NCBI GenBank assembly: GCA_049602055.1
Contig: JBMYRG010000019.1
Location: 1,076-65,075 of the forward strand
Reading direction: 5' to 3'
Length of the DNA stretch: 64,000 bases
From: Alphaproteobacteria bacterium
Lineage (GTDB): Bacteria; Pseudomonadota; Alphaproteobacteria; MPNO01; UBA2964
Positions 30,756 through 41,317 of this stretch are shown here, piece by piece (position 1 is the stretch's first letter; the number at the start of each line of letters is the position of its first letter). Position numbers and translations under genes: made by a program. Under the pieces are notes generated by a model that did not search any database, had not been told where the DNA came from, and saw only the letters and a program-made list of their open reading frames with translations.

Positions 30756-31907
30756 GTGAAACCGAGCCAATCACAAACTGACAACGCGACGTTAGAGCAT
30801 CGTATCGAAGTCGGTGTTTTGTTTCTTCGGGCATCTGGCCATTGGATCATCGCCAATAGCATGATGCTTGCCGGGAAGGCGGAAAAGGTCGACGGAACGT
30901 CAGTCATTCAGCGTGCTGTCTTTGATGTCTCCGCGATTGATCGGCTCGATAGTACTGGCGCGCTTCTCTTGCAAAAATTACGAATTCGGCTCGAGGCAAA
31001 CAACATCGCTGTGGAACTAGCGGGGCTTCGTGAGGATCACCGGCCATTACTGGATTATGCGGCGAATCTGGCGAAAGCCGAGGCGCTGACCGAGACGCCG
31101 CATCATCCGTTGCTGGCGATGATTGAATGTCTCGGGCGGGGCGCGGTTGATGCCTGTAATGAGGCGCGGAACCTCACCAATTTTCTCGGCATGACAGTTG
31201 TGAGTGGGTTTCGCAATTTGCTCAATCCGGGTCAAATTCGATTTGTCTCTGTCATCAGCCATATTGAGAAAACCGGTCTCAATGCGCTGCCGATCGTCGG
31301 ACTCCTGTCATTCCTGATCGGTGTTGTTCTAGCCTTTCAGGGGTCGGATCAGCTCACCCGTTTCGGGGCTGATATCTTTACCGTCGATCTTCTTGGTATT
31401 TCGACCTTTCGCGAGATGGGCGTCTTGCTCACCGCCATCGTCGTTGCTGGCCGGTCGGGTAGTGCCTTTGCCGCTGAACTGGGGACCATGCAAGTCAATC
31501 AGGAAGTCGATGCGATGCGCACTATGGGGCTCGATCCTGTCGATATTCTGGTTCTACCGCGGATGCTGGCGCTGGTCATCGCCATGCCCTTGCTGGCGGT
31601 GTTTGCTAATATCATGGGGATCGCCGGTGGCGGGTTGATGGTTATTCTGACGCTGGACGTCTCGGTAGCGCAGTTTCTCGAACGGTTGAGCAGTGCTGTT
31701 TCAACGCAGACTTTCTGGATCGGTATCATCAAGGCACCAGTGTGCGGTTTGCTAATCGCGCCGACGGGCTGTCGTGAAGGCTTGCTGGTCACGGGGCGTG
31801 CGGAAAGCCTCGGGCTCCATAGCACTCGTGCGGTGGTGATCTCCCTGTTTCTGGTCATCGTTGCCGATGCTGCATTCTCCGTTCTGTTTTCGGTGCTCGG
31901 CATATGA
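30756..31907 (+). CDS. mlaE: MlaE-family ABC permease with STAS domain
   Basis: LDSTGA STAS motif; REMG..GRSGSAFAAELGTM..EVDAMR. Confidence 0.88.
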   Translation: MKPSQSQTDNATLEHRIEVGVLFLRASGHWIIANSMMLAGKAEKVDGTSVIQRAVFDVSAIDRLDSTGALLLQKLRIRLEANNIAVELAGLREDHRPLLDYAANLAKAEALTETPHHPLLAMIECLGRGAVDACNEARNLTNFLGMTVVSGFRNLLNPGQIRFVSVISHIEKTGLNALPIVGLLSFLIGVVLAFQGSDQLTRFGADIFTVDLLGISTFREMGVLLTAIVVAGRSGSAFAAELGTMQVNQEVDAMRTMGLDPVDILVLPRMLALVIAMPLLAVFANIMGIAGGGLMVILTLDVSVAQFLERLSSAVSTQTFWIGIIKAPVCGLLIAPTGCREGLLVTGRAESLGLHSTRAVVISLFLVIVADAAFSVLFSVLGI

Positions 31908-32695
31908 CGGAAGCAGTGGAAAACATCATCAAAATAAGGGGGCTGCGTAGCCAGTTTGGCAGCAACGTGATTCATGACGGGCTTGATCTCGACGTCCGAC
32001 AGGGGGAAGTACTGGGGGTTGTCGGTGGCTCCGGCACCGGCAAATCGGTTTTGCTCAATAGCATAATCGGCCTTATCCAACCCGCAGCGGGAACCATTGG
32101 GGTGTTCGGTACCAGGACCAATGGTTTATCACGACAAGTCGCACGTTCCCTGCGATCCCGCTGGGGCGTATTGTTTCAGCAGGGGGCTTTGTTTTCGTCA
32201 TTGACCGTGGCGGAGAATATCCAGGTGCCGCTCAAGGAATACACCAACTTGTCACGTGACATGCGCAACGCGGTGACGGCGTTGAAGATTTCAATGTCGG
32301 GTCTACCCATGGATGTCTGCAATAAATGCCCCTCTGAACTATCCGGCGGCATGAAGAAACGCGCTGGCCTTGCGCGCGCATTGGCGCTGGATCCGGAAAT
32401 TCTGTTTCTTGATGAACCGACAGCAGGTCTTGATCCGATTGGTGCGGCGGCGTTCGATGAGTTGATCGCGGATCTACAAAAGAGTCTGAATTTGACGGTG
32501 GTCATGGTGACCCATGATCTCGATAGTCTTTACGCGATCACCGACCGGATTGCTGTGTTGATTGACAAAAAGGTTACCATTGGGAGTCTTGAGGAATTGC
32601 GGCAGAATCCCCACCCTTGGATACAGGATTATTTTCACGGGCCACGCGCCCGGGCGGCCAGCAATACGCAGCAAGAAAAACAGGTGAAAGCGTAG
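31904..32695 (+). CDS. mlaF: MlaF-family ABC ATPase
   Basis: GGSGTGKS, LSGGMKKR, FLDEPTAGLDP. Confidence 0.9.
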   Translation: MTEAVENIIKIRGLRSQFGSNVIHDGLDLDVRQGEVLGVVGGSGTGKSVLLNSIIGLIQPAAGTIGVFGTRTNGLSRQVARSLRSRWGVLFQQGALFSSLTVAENIQVPLKEYTNLSRDMRNAVTALKISMSGLPMDVCNKCPSELSGGMKKRAGLARALALDPEILFLDEPTAGLDPIGAAAFDELIADLQKSLNLTVVMVTHDLDSLYAITDRIAVLIDKKVTIGSLEELRQNPHPWIQDYFHGPRARAASNTQQEKQVKA

Positions 32696-32698
32696 ATA

Positions 32699-33675
32699 AT
32701 GGAAACACGTGCGAGCTATCTCCTGGTTGGCAGCTTTGTTTTGGTGTTAACGGCGGCGCTGATCGCTGTCGTTGTCTGGCTTGGTGGTAAGGGGCTGGAC
32801 CAGAAAAATGTGCGCTACGCATCTTATTTTGCCGGCGATGTTACAGGGCTCGGGATTGGAAATGCGGTGCGCTATCGCGGGGTTCCTGTTGGTTCCGTCG
32901 TCAATATCGCGATTGATCCGAAAAATGTAGAGCGGGTGCGTGTCATCATGGAAGTCGATGAAACGACACCAATAAAAACGGATACCGTCGCTCAGCTGGC
33001 GCTTCAGGGGATTACCGGCGTGGCCTTTATTTAACTGACCGGTGGAACCCAAAATCCAGCGGCCTTGGCAGGACCTGCCAATAAAAGATAATTCCGGTGA
33101 TTGCAACGCGAGAGTCGGTCGTTCAGCAAATCCTGACCCGTCTGCCAGAGATATTTGAAAAGGTTCTGAGTGTCGCTGACTGAATAGTTCTTTTGTTTGA
33201 TGAGAAAAATCTCGGGGCCGTGACAAAGATTCTCGAGAACCTTGAACAGTTCAGCGAGAATGCGCGCAGCACGACTGATGATGCCCGGGCTTTGATCGGC
33301 GAGGCGAAATCGGCGGCGGGCGCTCTAAAAGATACGGCAGCGGCGATCCGGTCGCTGACCGAAAATATCGGCAAGCAGGTTGATCCGGTGGCTGGTGATG
33401 TCCGCAGAACCGCTTCGAAAATGCGGCTGGCGGTCGCGGAATTCAGCAAAACCTTAAAGAATGTCACCGCGATCAGCTCGGAAATCGAGCAGCTTTTCAA
33501 AACCAACAAACGGTCGATCACGGATTTCTCACAAACCGGGCTGTATGAATTCACCAGCTTTTTGACGGAAGCACGGACGCTGGTGGATGCGTTGACCCGT
33601 CTGACCAACCGGATTGAGCGTGACCCGGCGCAGTTTTTCTTCGGGGATTCACAAAAAGGGGTAAGGGCGCAATGA
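32699..33675 (+). pseudogene. mlaD: MlaD/MCE family protein, disrupted
   Basis: METRA..VRYRGVPVG; TAA 33032 in AFI*LTGG, 1-nt frameshift at ~33060-33090, TGA 33181; C-terminal RDPAQFFFG. Confidence 0.88.
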
Positions 33676-34319
33676 AGGTAAATCGAATGGGCTCTATCCG
33701 GATAATCGCCGTCGCTATAACGGCAGGGTTATTCCTCGCGGGGTGCACCGGACTGGTCTTCGACAAGGCGCCACCAAAACTTTATCGGCTGACTCGCAAG
33801 AGCGTTTTCGATCCCAACATGAAAAAGGTGGAGTGGCAGCTTACCATTGAAACGCCGGTGGCTGAGGCTGGTATCAATAGCTCGCGGATTGCGGTTCTGC
33901 GTAATCCGTTATCGCTGGATTATTACGAAGGCGTGACATGGCTCGATACTGCGCCGCGTCTGGTCCAGACATTGCTGGTCGAAAGCTTTGAGAACAGCCG
34001 CAAAATTGTTGGTGTCGGTCGGCAATCGGTCAATTTGCGCACCGATTACACGTTGTTGACTGATCTTCGCGAGTTTCAGTCAGAATTGTCGCCGGGTGGC
34101 AATCCGGTGGCGCATGTCCGGATCAATGCCAAACTCGTTCGTTTTCCAGACCGGGTAATTGTGGCGACGATGAGCGCTGACGAAAAGATTCCCGCGACAG
34201 GCGCAAAACTTAAAAATGTTATTCAGGCGTTTGATAAGGCCCTTGGTCGGGCGCTGAAAAAAATCGTCAATTGGGGGCTGACCTCTGTTCCACCCGAACG
34301 GCGCGGACGGCGGCGCTGA
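33672..34319 (+). CDS. ABC-type transport auxiliary lipoprotein (PqiC-like)
   Basis: Lipobox LAGC; W.D.APRLVQTLLVESFENS; operon position. Confidence 0.85.
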   Translation: MKVNRMGSIRIIAVAITAGLFLAGCTGLVFDKAPPKLYRLTRKSVFDPNMKKVEWQLTIETPVAEAGINSSRIAVLRNPLSLDYYEGVTWLDTAPRLVQTLLVESFENSRKIVGVGRQSVNLRTDYTLLTDLREFQSELSPGGNPVAHVRINAKLVRFPDRVIVATMSADEKIPATGAKLKNVIQAFDKALGRALKKIVNWGLTSVPPERRGRRR

Positions 34320-34400
34320 CTGAAACTTTACTGGACATGTTTGCCTTTCATTGACCAAGATTCCTGGAACAAAAGATGAAAAAGCCCATAGGAGGGATTT

Positions 34401-34814
34401 ATGGAATTTTCAGGAATGAATTATTTCGCGGTCGTTGCTGCGGTACTGGCTTCGTTTTTCTTTGGTATCGGCTATTACACGATCCTCGCCAAGGCGTGGG
34501 TAACAGCGACGGGTAGACCTGAAGCCGAGCTCAAAGCGGGCGGCATGGCCAAGCCAATGATTATTACGATCATTTGCCAGCTACTGGTGGCGTTTTTTCT
34601 CGCCGGCATCATGGGCCATCTCGGTGCCAAGATGATCAATGTACAGGGCGGGCTGATCACGGGTTTCTTTGTCTGGCTTGGCTTCTCGGTGACGACAATT
34701 GCCATGAACTATGCCTGGCAACGGGCCAAGCTAAGCCTCTATCTTATTGACGGCGGCCACTGGCTTGGCGTTATGCTTCTGCAGGGTGCCGTGATCGGTG
34801 CGATGGGTGTTTAA
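34401..34814 (+). CDS. DUF1761 membrane protein
   Basis: MNYFAVVAA, four TM helices, LIDGGHWL. Confidence 0.8.
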   Translation: MEFSGMNYFAVVAAVLASFFFGIGYYTILAKAWVTATGRPEAELKAGGMAKPMIITIICQLLVAFFLAGIMGHLGAKMINVQGGLITGFFVWLGFSVTTIAMNYAWQRAKLSLYLIDGGHWLGVMLLQGAVIGAMGV

Positions 34815-34921
34815 GGCGTATTTCCGCATAAATTTCAGTCCATTTACGTGGGAACCAAAAAAGCCGTAGAATGGCGTCTAATAGAGCATAATCTTCCAGA
34901 ATTTTTCGGAGGTTTCGGACC

Positions 34922-35803
34922 ATGGCGACACAGCTGAGCCAGAACAACAACATTACAGTGACACCGCTCCACCCGATTATTGGGGCAGAGATCGGCGGTG
35001 TTGATCTCAGTCAGGAGCTGGATGACGCGACCGTTGAGGCGATCCGCAATGCCTGGCATGACCACGGCATCCTGCTGTTTAGGGGGCAGGACATTACCGG
35101 CGATGAGCAACTGCGGTTCGCCAGCCATTTTGGTGAGGTTGCCGAGCGTCACAAGCCCAGGGAAGGCGCGAATGTCGCCGAAGTTGGTGCCGCACCGGAC
35201 TGGACCAACCTGATGATGGTCACCGACAAGAAGGACGAGAATGGCAATCCCGTGGGTGGATTGGGTCACGGTGAAATGTGGTTCCATTCCGACAAGTGCT
35301 ATCACGAGCGACCGCATCGCGCGTCGTTCCTCTATGGGATCGAGATTCCGGCGGAGGGTGGCCACACCAAGTTCGCCAGCCTGTATGGCGCCTACAATAA
35401 TTTACGGCCTGAACTGAAAGAACGGTTTGCCGATGCCCGGGTCATGCAGGGCTATGATTATCGCAATGTCGAGCGGCTTGATCTCAACATCAATCTCGAC
35501 AACATTTTTCATTTCAGCCAGCCACTATTCGTCACCAATCCCGGTTCGAATCGCAAAGCGCTTTATGTTTCGCGCCTTAATACGATGTGGATCGAAGGGA
35601 TCGATCGTGACGAGAGCGAGGAAATTCTAGTGGAACTTTTCGATCTGACCGAGGACCCGGACAACTATTATGAACATGTCTGGCAACCGGGTGATCTCAT
35701 GATGTGGGATAATCTCGCCTGTCTGCATGCTCGGACCGACTGGCCGCAGGATCAGACCCGTATGCTACGCCGCTGCACGACGCTCGGCGAACCTCTCACT
35801 TAA
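34922..35803 (+). CDS. TauD/TfdA-family dioxygenase
   Basis: GAEIGGVDL, FHSD, GGHTKFA, WQPGDLMMWDN..LHAR. Confidence 0.9.
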   Translation: MATQLSQNNNITVTPLHPIIGAEIGGVDLSQELDDATVEAIRNAWHDHGILLFRGQDITGDEQLRFASHFGEVAERHKPREGANVAEVGAAPDWTNLMMVTDKKDENGNPVGGLGHGEMWFHSDKCYHERPHRASFLYGIEIPAEGGHTKFASLYGAYNNLRPELKERFADARVMQGYDYRNVERLDLNINLDNIFHFSQPLFVTNPGSNRKALYVSRLNTMWIEGIDRDESEEILVELFDLTEDPDNYYEHVWQPGDLMMWDNLACLHARTDWPQDQTRMLRRCTTLGEPLT

Positions 35804-35814
35804 GGAAGGTTATC

Positions 35815-36462
35815 ATGTACAGCCTTTATTTCTGTCCGGGCACCTGCTCGATGGCGGCTCATATCCTGTTGGAAGAATGTGGTGCTGATTATGAAACAAT
35901 TCCGGTTGCACTGGGCAAAGGCGAACAGCGCGGTGAGGAATATCGCAAGATCAATCCACACGGCAAGGTGCCTGCGCTGGTCGTTGATGACAAGATCATC
36001 ACGCAGAATGTCGCGATCCTGCCTTACATCACCAGCCAGTTTCCCGATGCGAAACTTTCCCCCGGCAATGCGGGGGATTACGCACATTGTCTGGAAACCA
36101 CAGCCTGGTTAACCAGTGCCGTTCATCCGGCCTTTTCACTGGCATTGCATCCGGAACGGCCGGGTGGTGACACCAGCCTGGGTGAGGCGGCTGAAAAGAC
36201 CATTGAAGATGGTGCCCGAGAAAACTATTGGGCGGCGATGGAGGAACTCGATAACCGGCTTGCCAATCGTGAATGGATGATGGGCGATCAATATACCTTC
36301 CTCGACCCCTACACGCTGGTGTTTTATGGCTGGGGCAAGCGCATCAATATGCCGATGGAAGATCTCAAGAACTTCACCGCCTTCAAGGACCACATGATGG
36401 CGCGTCCCGCTGTACGAACGATCCTTGAGAAAGAAAAAAGCCCACTTCTCGACGCCGCGTGA
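35815..36462 (+). CDS. Glutathione S-transferase (beta class)
   Basis: PGTCSMAAHI, INPHGKVPAL, TQNVAI. Confidence 0.9.
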   Translation: MYSLYFCPGTCSMAAHILLEECGADYETIPVALGKGEQRGEEYRKINPHGKVPALVVDDKIITQNVAILPYITSQFPDAKLSPGNAGDYAHCLETTAWLTSAVHPAFSLALHPERPGGDTSLGEAAEKTIEDGARENYWAAMEELDNRLANREWMMGDQYTFLDPYTLVFYGWGKRINMPMEDLKNFTAFKDHMMARPAVRTILEKEKSPLLDAA

Positions 36463-36679
36463 GAGCCTCAACGATTGGTTTTTGGTTTGACCAGAAACCT
36501 GACTAACTGTTTGAAATTCTTACGTTCTTGAATTTGAAATTTGTCGAATTCATCGTAAATCATTGAAGACAAAAGATTGCCTGAATTTGGCATAAAAATC
36601 GCTTAAATCCACAAATATAAGATGTTGATGGGACTTTTGGATATTTCCTCAATAGTAATTCTAATCGGCGAGATCTTTA

Positions 36680-37213
36680 ATGTTGATGCGTTTTAGTAAG
36701 TTGCCCCTATTCGCCGTAATGATTTTCGGTCTTTCTATTGTGCTGACGTCCGTTGCTTCCGCCATTCCATTGACCCGAACATTTAACTTTACGGCAACGA
36801 ATTTCATCGGTGCTGGATTTCCAGTTCCCACTGTGATCGGTAGCGTCACAGTAGATTGGGACAATTCTTCCGATGTTACTGATGGAACAACGGTAACGAT
36901 TAACTCGTTGAATATCACTGCAGCGCCTACAATAAGGTTTACCTATTTTACGTCGAATGATCGCCTGGTAATTGGTGCAAACAGCTCTGCCTCCACTTTC
37001 GCGGATTTTACCGATGATTTCAGGATGATAATCCTGGATGCTTCGACACAGGGGACGACACTTGGTAGTTTCGTCTATGCGACGGCGGCGACTGAATCCG
37101 CTACAGCTTTGGATCGAACGCTTGAAATCGCTGCGTACGTACCAGAGCCGGGGCCGCTGGCGACTTTTGCGCTGGCAGTTGTAGGGATAGGCCTGACGCG
37201 TCGCCGTTCCTGA
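36680..37213 (+). CDS. PEP-CTERM sorting domain protein
   Basis: Signal peptide; Thr/Ser-rich; VPEPGPLATFALAVVGIGLTRRRS. Confidence 0.9.
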   Translation: MLMRFSKLPLFAVMIFGLSIVLTSVASAIPLTRTFNFTATNFIGAGFPVPTVIGSVTVDWDNSSDVTDGTTVTINSLNITAAPTIRFTYFTSNDRLVIGANSSASTFADFTDDFRMIILDASTQGTTLGSFVYATAATESATALDRTLEIAAYVPEPGPLATFALAVVGIGLTRRRS

Positions 37214-37312
37214 ATTTTTATACCCTCAATTTTGGTCAGTCGGCGTTTGGCGGATATCAGCGGCTGCGCTAAACTTATAGGCAATTCAAAAAAATTGCGG
37301 GAGGGTTGTCCA

Positions 37313-38071
37313 ATGGATAACGCAAAGGGACCATCAGAACTGGCGGAAGAAGATGAGTTTCAGCGGATGCGGGAGCTCGGCGATTTCATGATCTATCGCT
37401 CGGCGATTAACAAGCTGGCGGATGGCGAATGGTCTGATGAAGAAGCGAAGTTCAATCTGGGGCCATTAAAGCCGTCGCTGATGGGCGAAGATCATCGGCT
37501 GCCGGCGATGCCGGAGAAACCGTCATTAATTGATTTTTTCAAACTTAGGTTCGGTCCCTCGAAACAGCATTTGTTGCAAAGCGCTGCATTGGCGCAGAAG
37601 AACGGTCTGCCGGAGAAAATGGTGCTGGCCTGTCTTTTGCATGATGTGTCTGTGATCGCGTTTTTCCGGCCTGATCATGGCTATTGGGGCGCGCAAATGC
37701 TGGAACCCTATGTCGATGAAGAAGTCTCCTGGGCGATCCGCATGCATCAGGCCTTGCGGTTCTTCCCCGATGAGTCCGTCGGCTATGAATATCCCGAAGC
37801 CTATGCCAAACGGTTTGGTGCGGATTATCAGGTTGAGCCCTATATTCAGCGCGATTACGATTATGCGCGAAACCACAAATGGTACATGTCAGCGCGGCAG
37901 ATCTGTCTCAATGATCTCTATGCGTTTGATCCTGATACACTGGTTTCGATTGATCAGTTTGAAGATGTTATCGGGCGGCATTTCAAACAGCCCGAAGAGG
38001 GACTCGGAAATGACAATAGCCCGGCGGCCCATATGTGGCGCACGCTGCGCCGCCCGGCGAATGCGCTTTAG
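37313..38071 (+). CDS. HD-domain protein (PhnZ-like diiron oxygenase fold)
   Basis: QHLLQSA, LLHD, DHG, MHQ, NDL: H..HD..H..H..D ligand set. Confidence 0.75.
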   Translation: MDNAKGPSELAEEDEFQRMRELGDFMIYRSAINKLADGEWSDEEAKFNLGPLKPSLMGEDHRLPAMPEKPSLIDFFKLRFGPSKQHLLQSAALAQKNGLPEKMVLACLLHDVSVIAFFRPDHGYWGAQMLEPYVDEEVSWAIRMHQALRFFPDESVGYEYPEAYAKRFGADYQVEPYIQRDYDYARNHKWYMSARQICLNDLYAFDPDTLVSIDQFEDVIGRHFKQPEEGLGNDNSPAAHMWRTLRRPANAL

Positions 38072-38085
38072 CGTGGGAGGTCCCG

Positions 38086-39165
38086 ATGACGGACAAACTC
38101 AGATATTATATAGCGTGTAATAGCGGCCTTACCGTCTTGCAGGGGAATGGCTCTGGCTTTCAGGAGCTGGGCCAAAGTTTCCCCGGTGTCACGCTGGAAT
38201 ATATCGTCGGCTGTCGGGAATCGCCCGAGGTTCTGTTCGCCGCGGTTGCCTTTGACGGTGGCTATCGTTCCGAAGATGGCGGGTTGAGCTGGACGAAAAT
38301 CCTTGAAGGCGATGTCCGGACCTTTACGGTCGATCCGCATGATGAACGGGTGGTCTATGCCGGGAGTGGCCCGGTCTGCCTGTATCGCAGTGACGATAAC
38401 GGCAAAACATTTGAGACCGTTGATAGCTTCCTGGCTCTGCCACAATCGGTTCAGGACCAGTGGACGGTTCCCGCGACCTATGCCGGGAAAGTGCCGCCGC
38501 ATGTCCGCCATATCTATATCCACCCGGATCGACGCGACCTGATCTATGTATTGCTCGAACATGGCGGTGTCGTGCGCAGTCTTGATGGCGGCGCGACCTG
38601 GGAAGATGTCAGCCGCGGTATCGATTATCTCGATATGCATATCATCGAGAACCTGCCGGGTGACTATGATCGCTATTACGTGTCTTCAGCGCGTGGCTTT
38701 TTCCGGACGGATGATGGCGGCAAGATGTGGCATCGCGTCGAAGACGGCATGCCCTATGGCTATACCGAATTTTACAGCTATTCGCATGAGTGGCTGTTCT
38801 GTGACGGTCCTAACGGCAAACCACGCATGGTGCTTGGTGGGGGTAGGGGGTCGCCCGGTTACTGGGTGCGGGAAAAGATGACGCCGCATGGTCACATATT
38901 GATTAGTGATGACGAGGGGGCAAGCTGGCTTCACTCAGCGAACCTGCCTATCGACATGCCCTATATGCCCTGGACCTTTTTGGCTCACCCGGAAAAGCCG
39001 GAAGTGCTGTTTTGCGGTATGGGCGATGGCGCGCGTGGTTTTGGCATGGCACCGGACCAGCGCGGCACGGGGGCGTTTTACCGCTCCGATGATCGCGGCG
39101 AGAGCTGGGATTGCATTATGCCGGACATGCCGTCCGTTCTGACGAGCTGGATTTCGCCAGCCTAA
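38086..39165 (+). CDS. BNR/Asp-box repeat beta-propeller protein
   Basis: Multiple RSxDGGxTW Asp-boxes; no signal peptide. Confidence 0.85.
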   Translation: MTDKLRYYIACNSGLTVLQGNGSGFQELGQSFPGVTLEYIVGCRESPEVLFAAVAFDGGYRSEDGGLSWTKILEGDVRTFTVDPHDERVVYAGSGPVCLYRSDDNGKTFETVDSFLALPQSVQDQWTVPATYAGKVPPHVRHIYIHPDRRDLIYVLLEHGGVVRSLDGGATWEDVSRGIDYLDMHIIENLPGDYDRYYVSSARGFFRTDDGGKMWHRVEDGMPYGYTEFYSYSHEWLFCDGPNGKPRMVLGGGRGSPGYWVREKMTPHGHILISDDEGASWLHSANLPIDMPYMPWTFLAHPEKPEVLFCGMGDGARGFGMAPDQRGTGAFYRSDDRGESWDCIMPDMPSVLTSWISPA

Positions 39166-39173
39166 ATTTCGTC

Positions 39174-39923
39174 CTAGTTGATCGAAACGTACCAGCCGCC
39201 ATTGACGTGTAGCGTTTGCCCGGTTGTGTAGCGCGAGTTGGGGCCGCACAGAAAACGGACGGTTGCAGCGAATTCCTCTGGCGTGCCTTCTCGACCGGCT
39301 GGAATAGGTTTTGCCTGAAAATGGGCGGAGATAGCGCCGGGACGCTGGATGCGGCCGGGGGCAACGCAGTTTACCGTGATATTTCGATCTGCCAGCTCGA
39401 CGGCGAGGGCACCAGTGAGACCGGCAAGCCCCATCTTGGCCGCGACATCGACTGAACGGTTTGGGTTACCGGTATGGGCCGAGGACGCCCCAATATTGAT
39501 AATCGCGCCACAGCCATTTTTAGCGAGATGCGGGATAGAGGCCTTGATGCACAGGAAGGCGCTATCCAGCTTTGTTGCCATAAAGTGGCGCCATTCGTCA
39601 TAGGATATATCTGTAACCGCACCGCTTGAAGCCGGTCCGACATTATTGACGAGAATATCGAGTCTGCCGAACGCGTCGACAGCGGCATCGACCATGCCCT
39701 GGACCTGCTCTTCGCTGGTGACATCGGCGAGGTGCACAATGGCTTTGCCACCGGCTTCTTCGATTTCCTCAACGACCTCAGCGGCAACATCGCCGGAAGT
39801 ACGGCCATTGATAACCACGCCGGCGCCGGCCTTCGCCAGGGATAGCGCAATGTTGCGGCCAATATTGCCTGTGCTGCCGGTGACAATGGCAGCCATTCCG
39901 TCGAGTTCTTTTTCGGTTGTCAT
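39174..39923 (-). CDS. SDR-family oxidoreductase (lacks the catalytic Tyr)
   Basis: TGSTGNIG, DILVNN, DVAAK in place of YxxxK. Confidence 0.85.
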   Translation of the reverse strand: MTTEKELDGMAAIVTGSTGNIGRNIALSLAKAGAGVVINGRTSGDVAAEVVEEIEEAGGKAIVHLADVTSEEQVQGMVDAAVDAFGRLDILVNNVGPASSGAVTDISYDEWRHFMATKLDSAFLCIKASIPHLAKNGCGAIINIGASSAHTGNPNRSVDVAAKMGLAGLTGALAVELADRNITVNCVAPGRIQRPGAISAHFQAKPIPAGREGTPEEFAATVRFLCGPNSRYTTGQTLHVNGGWYVSIN

Positions 39924-40093
39924 ATTATTTCCGTGAAATTGCGTTGGTTGGTTCCGATCTTATAGCGAACAGTATGTGTCGAATCGACGGCTGATTGCCC
40001 GTCTGTCGTATCTGAGGTATTCTCCGACCTATCGGAAAGTGCCGTAGCCAACGCGGTGCGGCATGCGGACTGGTTTGAATTTGAATTAGCGTA

Positions 40094-41317
40094 ATGCCGG
40101 AAATCCTGCAAAAGAACTGGGTGTATGGCTTTGGCCTGATTGGTCCCTTAGCCTTTTTTTCGGTCTATGCGCTCTGGTTGCCCATTTTAATCATTGTGCT
40201 GTGCAATGTGCCGCGGCTCGTGGAGATTATCCGGGGAGATGGCGCCGCATCGTTAAACCGGTATCTACCCTATTTTATTTTACCAGCATTTGGTGCGCTC
40301 TCAGCGATCTGGTCTCTGATCCCGGGGAATGCGGTTTCAACCGCTGCCAAGTTTGCCGGCTATATCTGCGTTGCCATTATGGCCGGGCTGGTCATTCGTC
40401 ACGCGACAGATAGTGAGAAGCGGAAAATCGTTTTTAGCACGGCGATTGGGTTGTTGATCGCGTTTCCGGTCGCTTTGCTTGATGTGTCCCTGTCAGGCGC
40501 CATTTGGGACCTTTACAAGTCTTATGAGTTTAATCCGAATGTCTATAGTCGCGGGACAGCGATTACGGCCTGTTTGCTGTTTCCCCTGGCTGTCGGCTTA
40601 TTCCGCTATACGGCGGCGTGGCAGTCCATTGTTTTCATCCTGATTTGCTTGGGGATGATCTTTGGCTTGTATATGGAGGCGGCCAAACTTGCTGTCATTC
40701 TGGGGGGTGTTTTTTTTGTGCTTGTCAGGTGGCAGCGCAAACTGTTTTGGCCAGTTGTTCTGCTCCCGTTAGTGATCGCATTCGTATTTCCGGTTTTTTT
40801 CACGACTCCACTGACGGAGCAACAGCAATGCCGACTGCATTACACGATGGATTCCGCATATCACCGCGTCATGATCTATCAGTTCAGCACACATAAAATT
40901 ATTGAAAAACCAATTGTGGGTTGGGGCATGGATTCGTCCCGTTCGATTCCAGGAGGAGCAAGCAAAGTGGGGACAATCAACTGCATTCGTCCCGATGGGC
41001 AGCCAACTAAGCTAAATATTGGGGGGAATTTGCCGCTTCACCCTCACAATGCGTCCGTTCAAATATGGCTTGAGCTAGGGTTAATCGGCACATTGCTTCT
41101 TAGCGCCAGTGTGTTGATCTTGATCCGACGTTTTGAGCGCAACAATTCGGACAATCAGGGAAGAGCAATTATAGCGGCAACCTTTTGTAGCATTTGCCTG
41201 ATTTATAATATCAGCTTCGGACTGTGGCAGAGTTGGTTGATGTTTACGATGATTCTGCTGGGTTGTATCGTCATAGCGTTGCAACGCAGTTCAGCGGCAA
41301 GCGAGCAACAGCAATGA
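40094..41317 (+). CDS. O-antigen ligase family protein
   Basis: Many TM helices; KPIVGWG, LHPHNASVQIWLELG. Confidence 0.85.
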   Translation: MPEILQKNWVYGFGLIGPLAFFSVYALWLPILIIVLCNVPRLVEIIRGDGAASLNRYLPYFILPAFGALSAIWSLIPGNAVSTAAKFAGYICVAIMAGLVIRHATDSEKRKIVFSTAIGLLIAFPVALLDVSLSGAIWDLYKSYEFNPNVYSRGTAITACLLFPLAVGLFRYTAAWQSIVFILICLGMIFGLYMEAAKLAVILGGVFFVLVRWQRKLFWPVVLLPLVIAFVFPVFFTTPLTEQQQCRLHYTMDSAYHRVMIYQFSTHKIIEKPIVGWGMDSSRSIPGGASKVGTINCIRPDGQPTKLNIGGNLPLHPHNASVQIWLELGLIGTLLLSASVLILIRRFERNNSDNQGRAIIAATFCSICLIYNISFGLWQSWLMFTMILLGCIVIALQRSSAASEQQQ

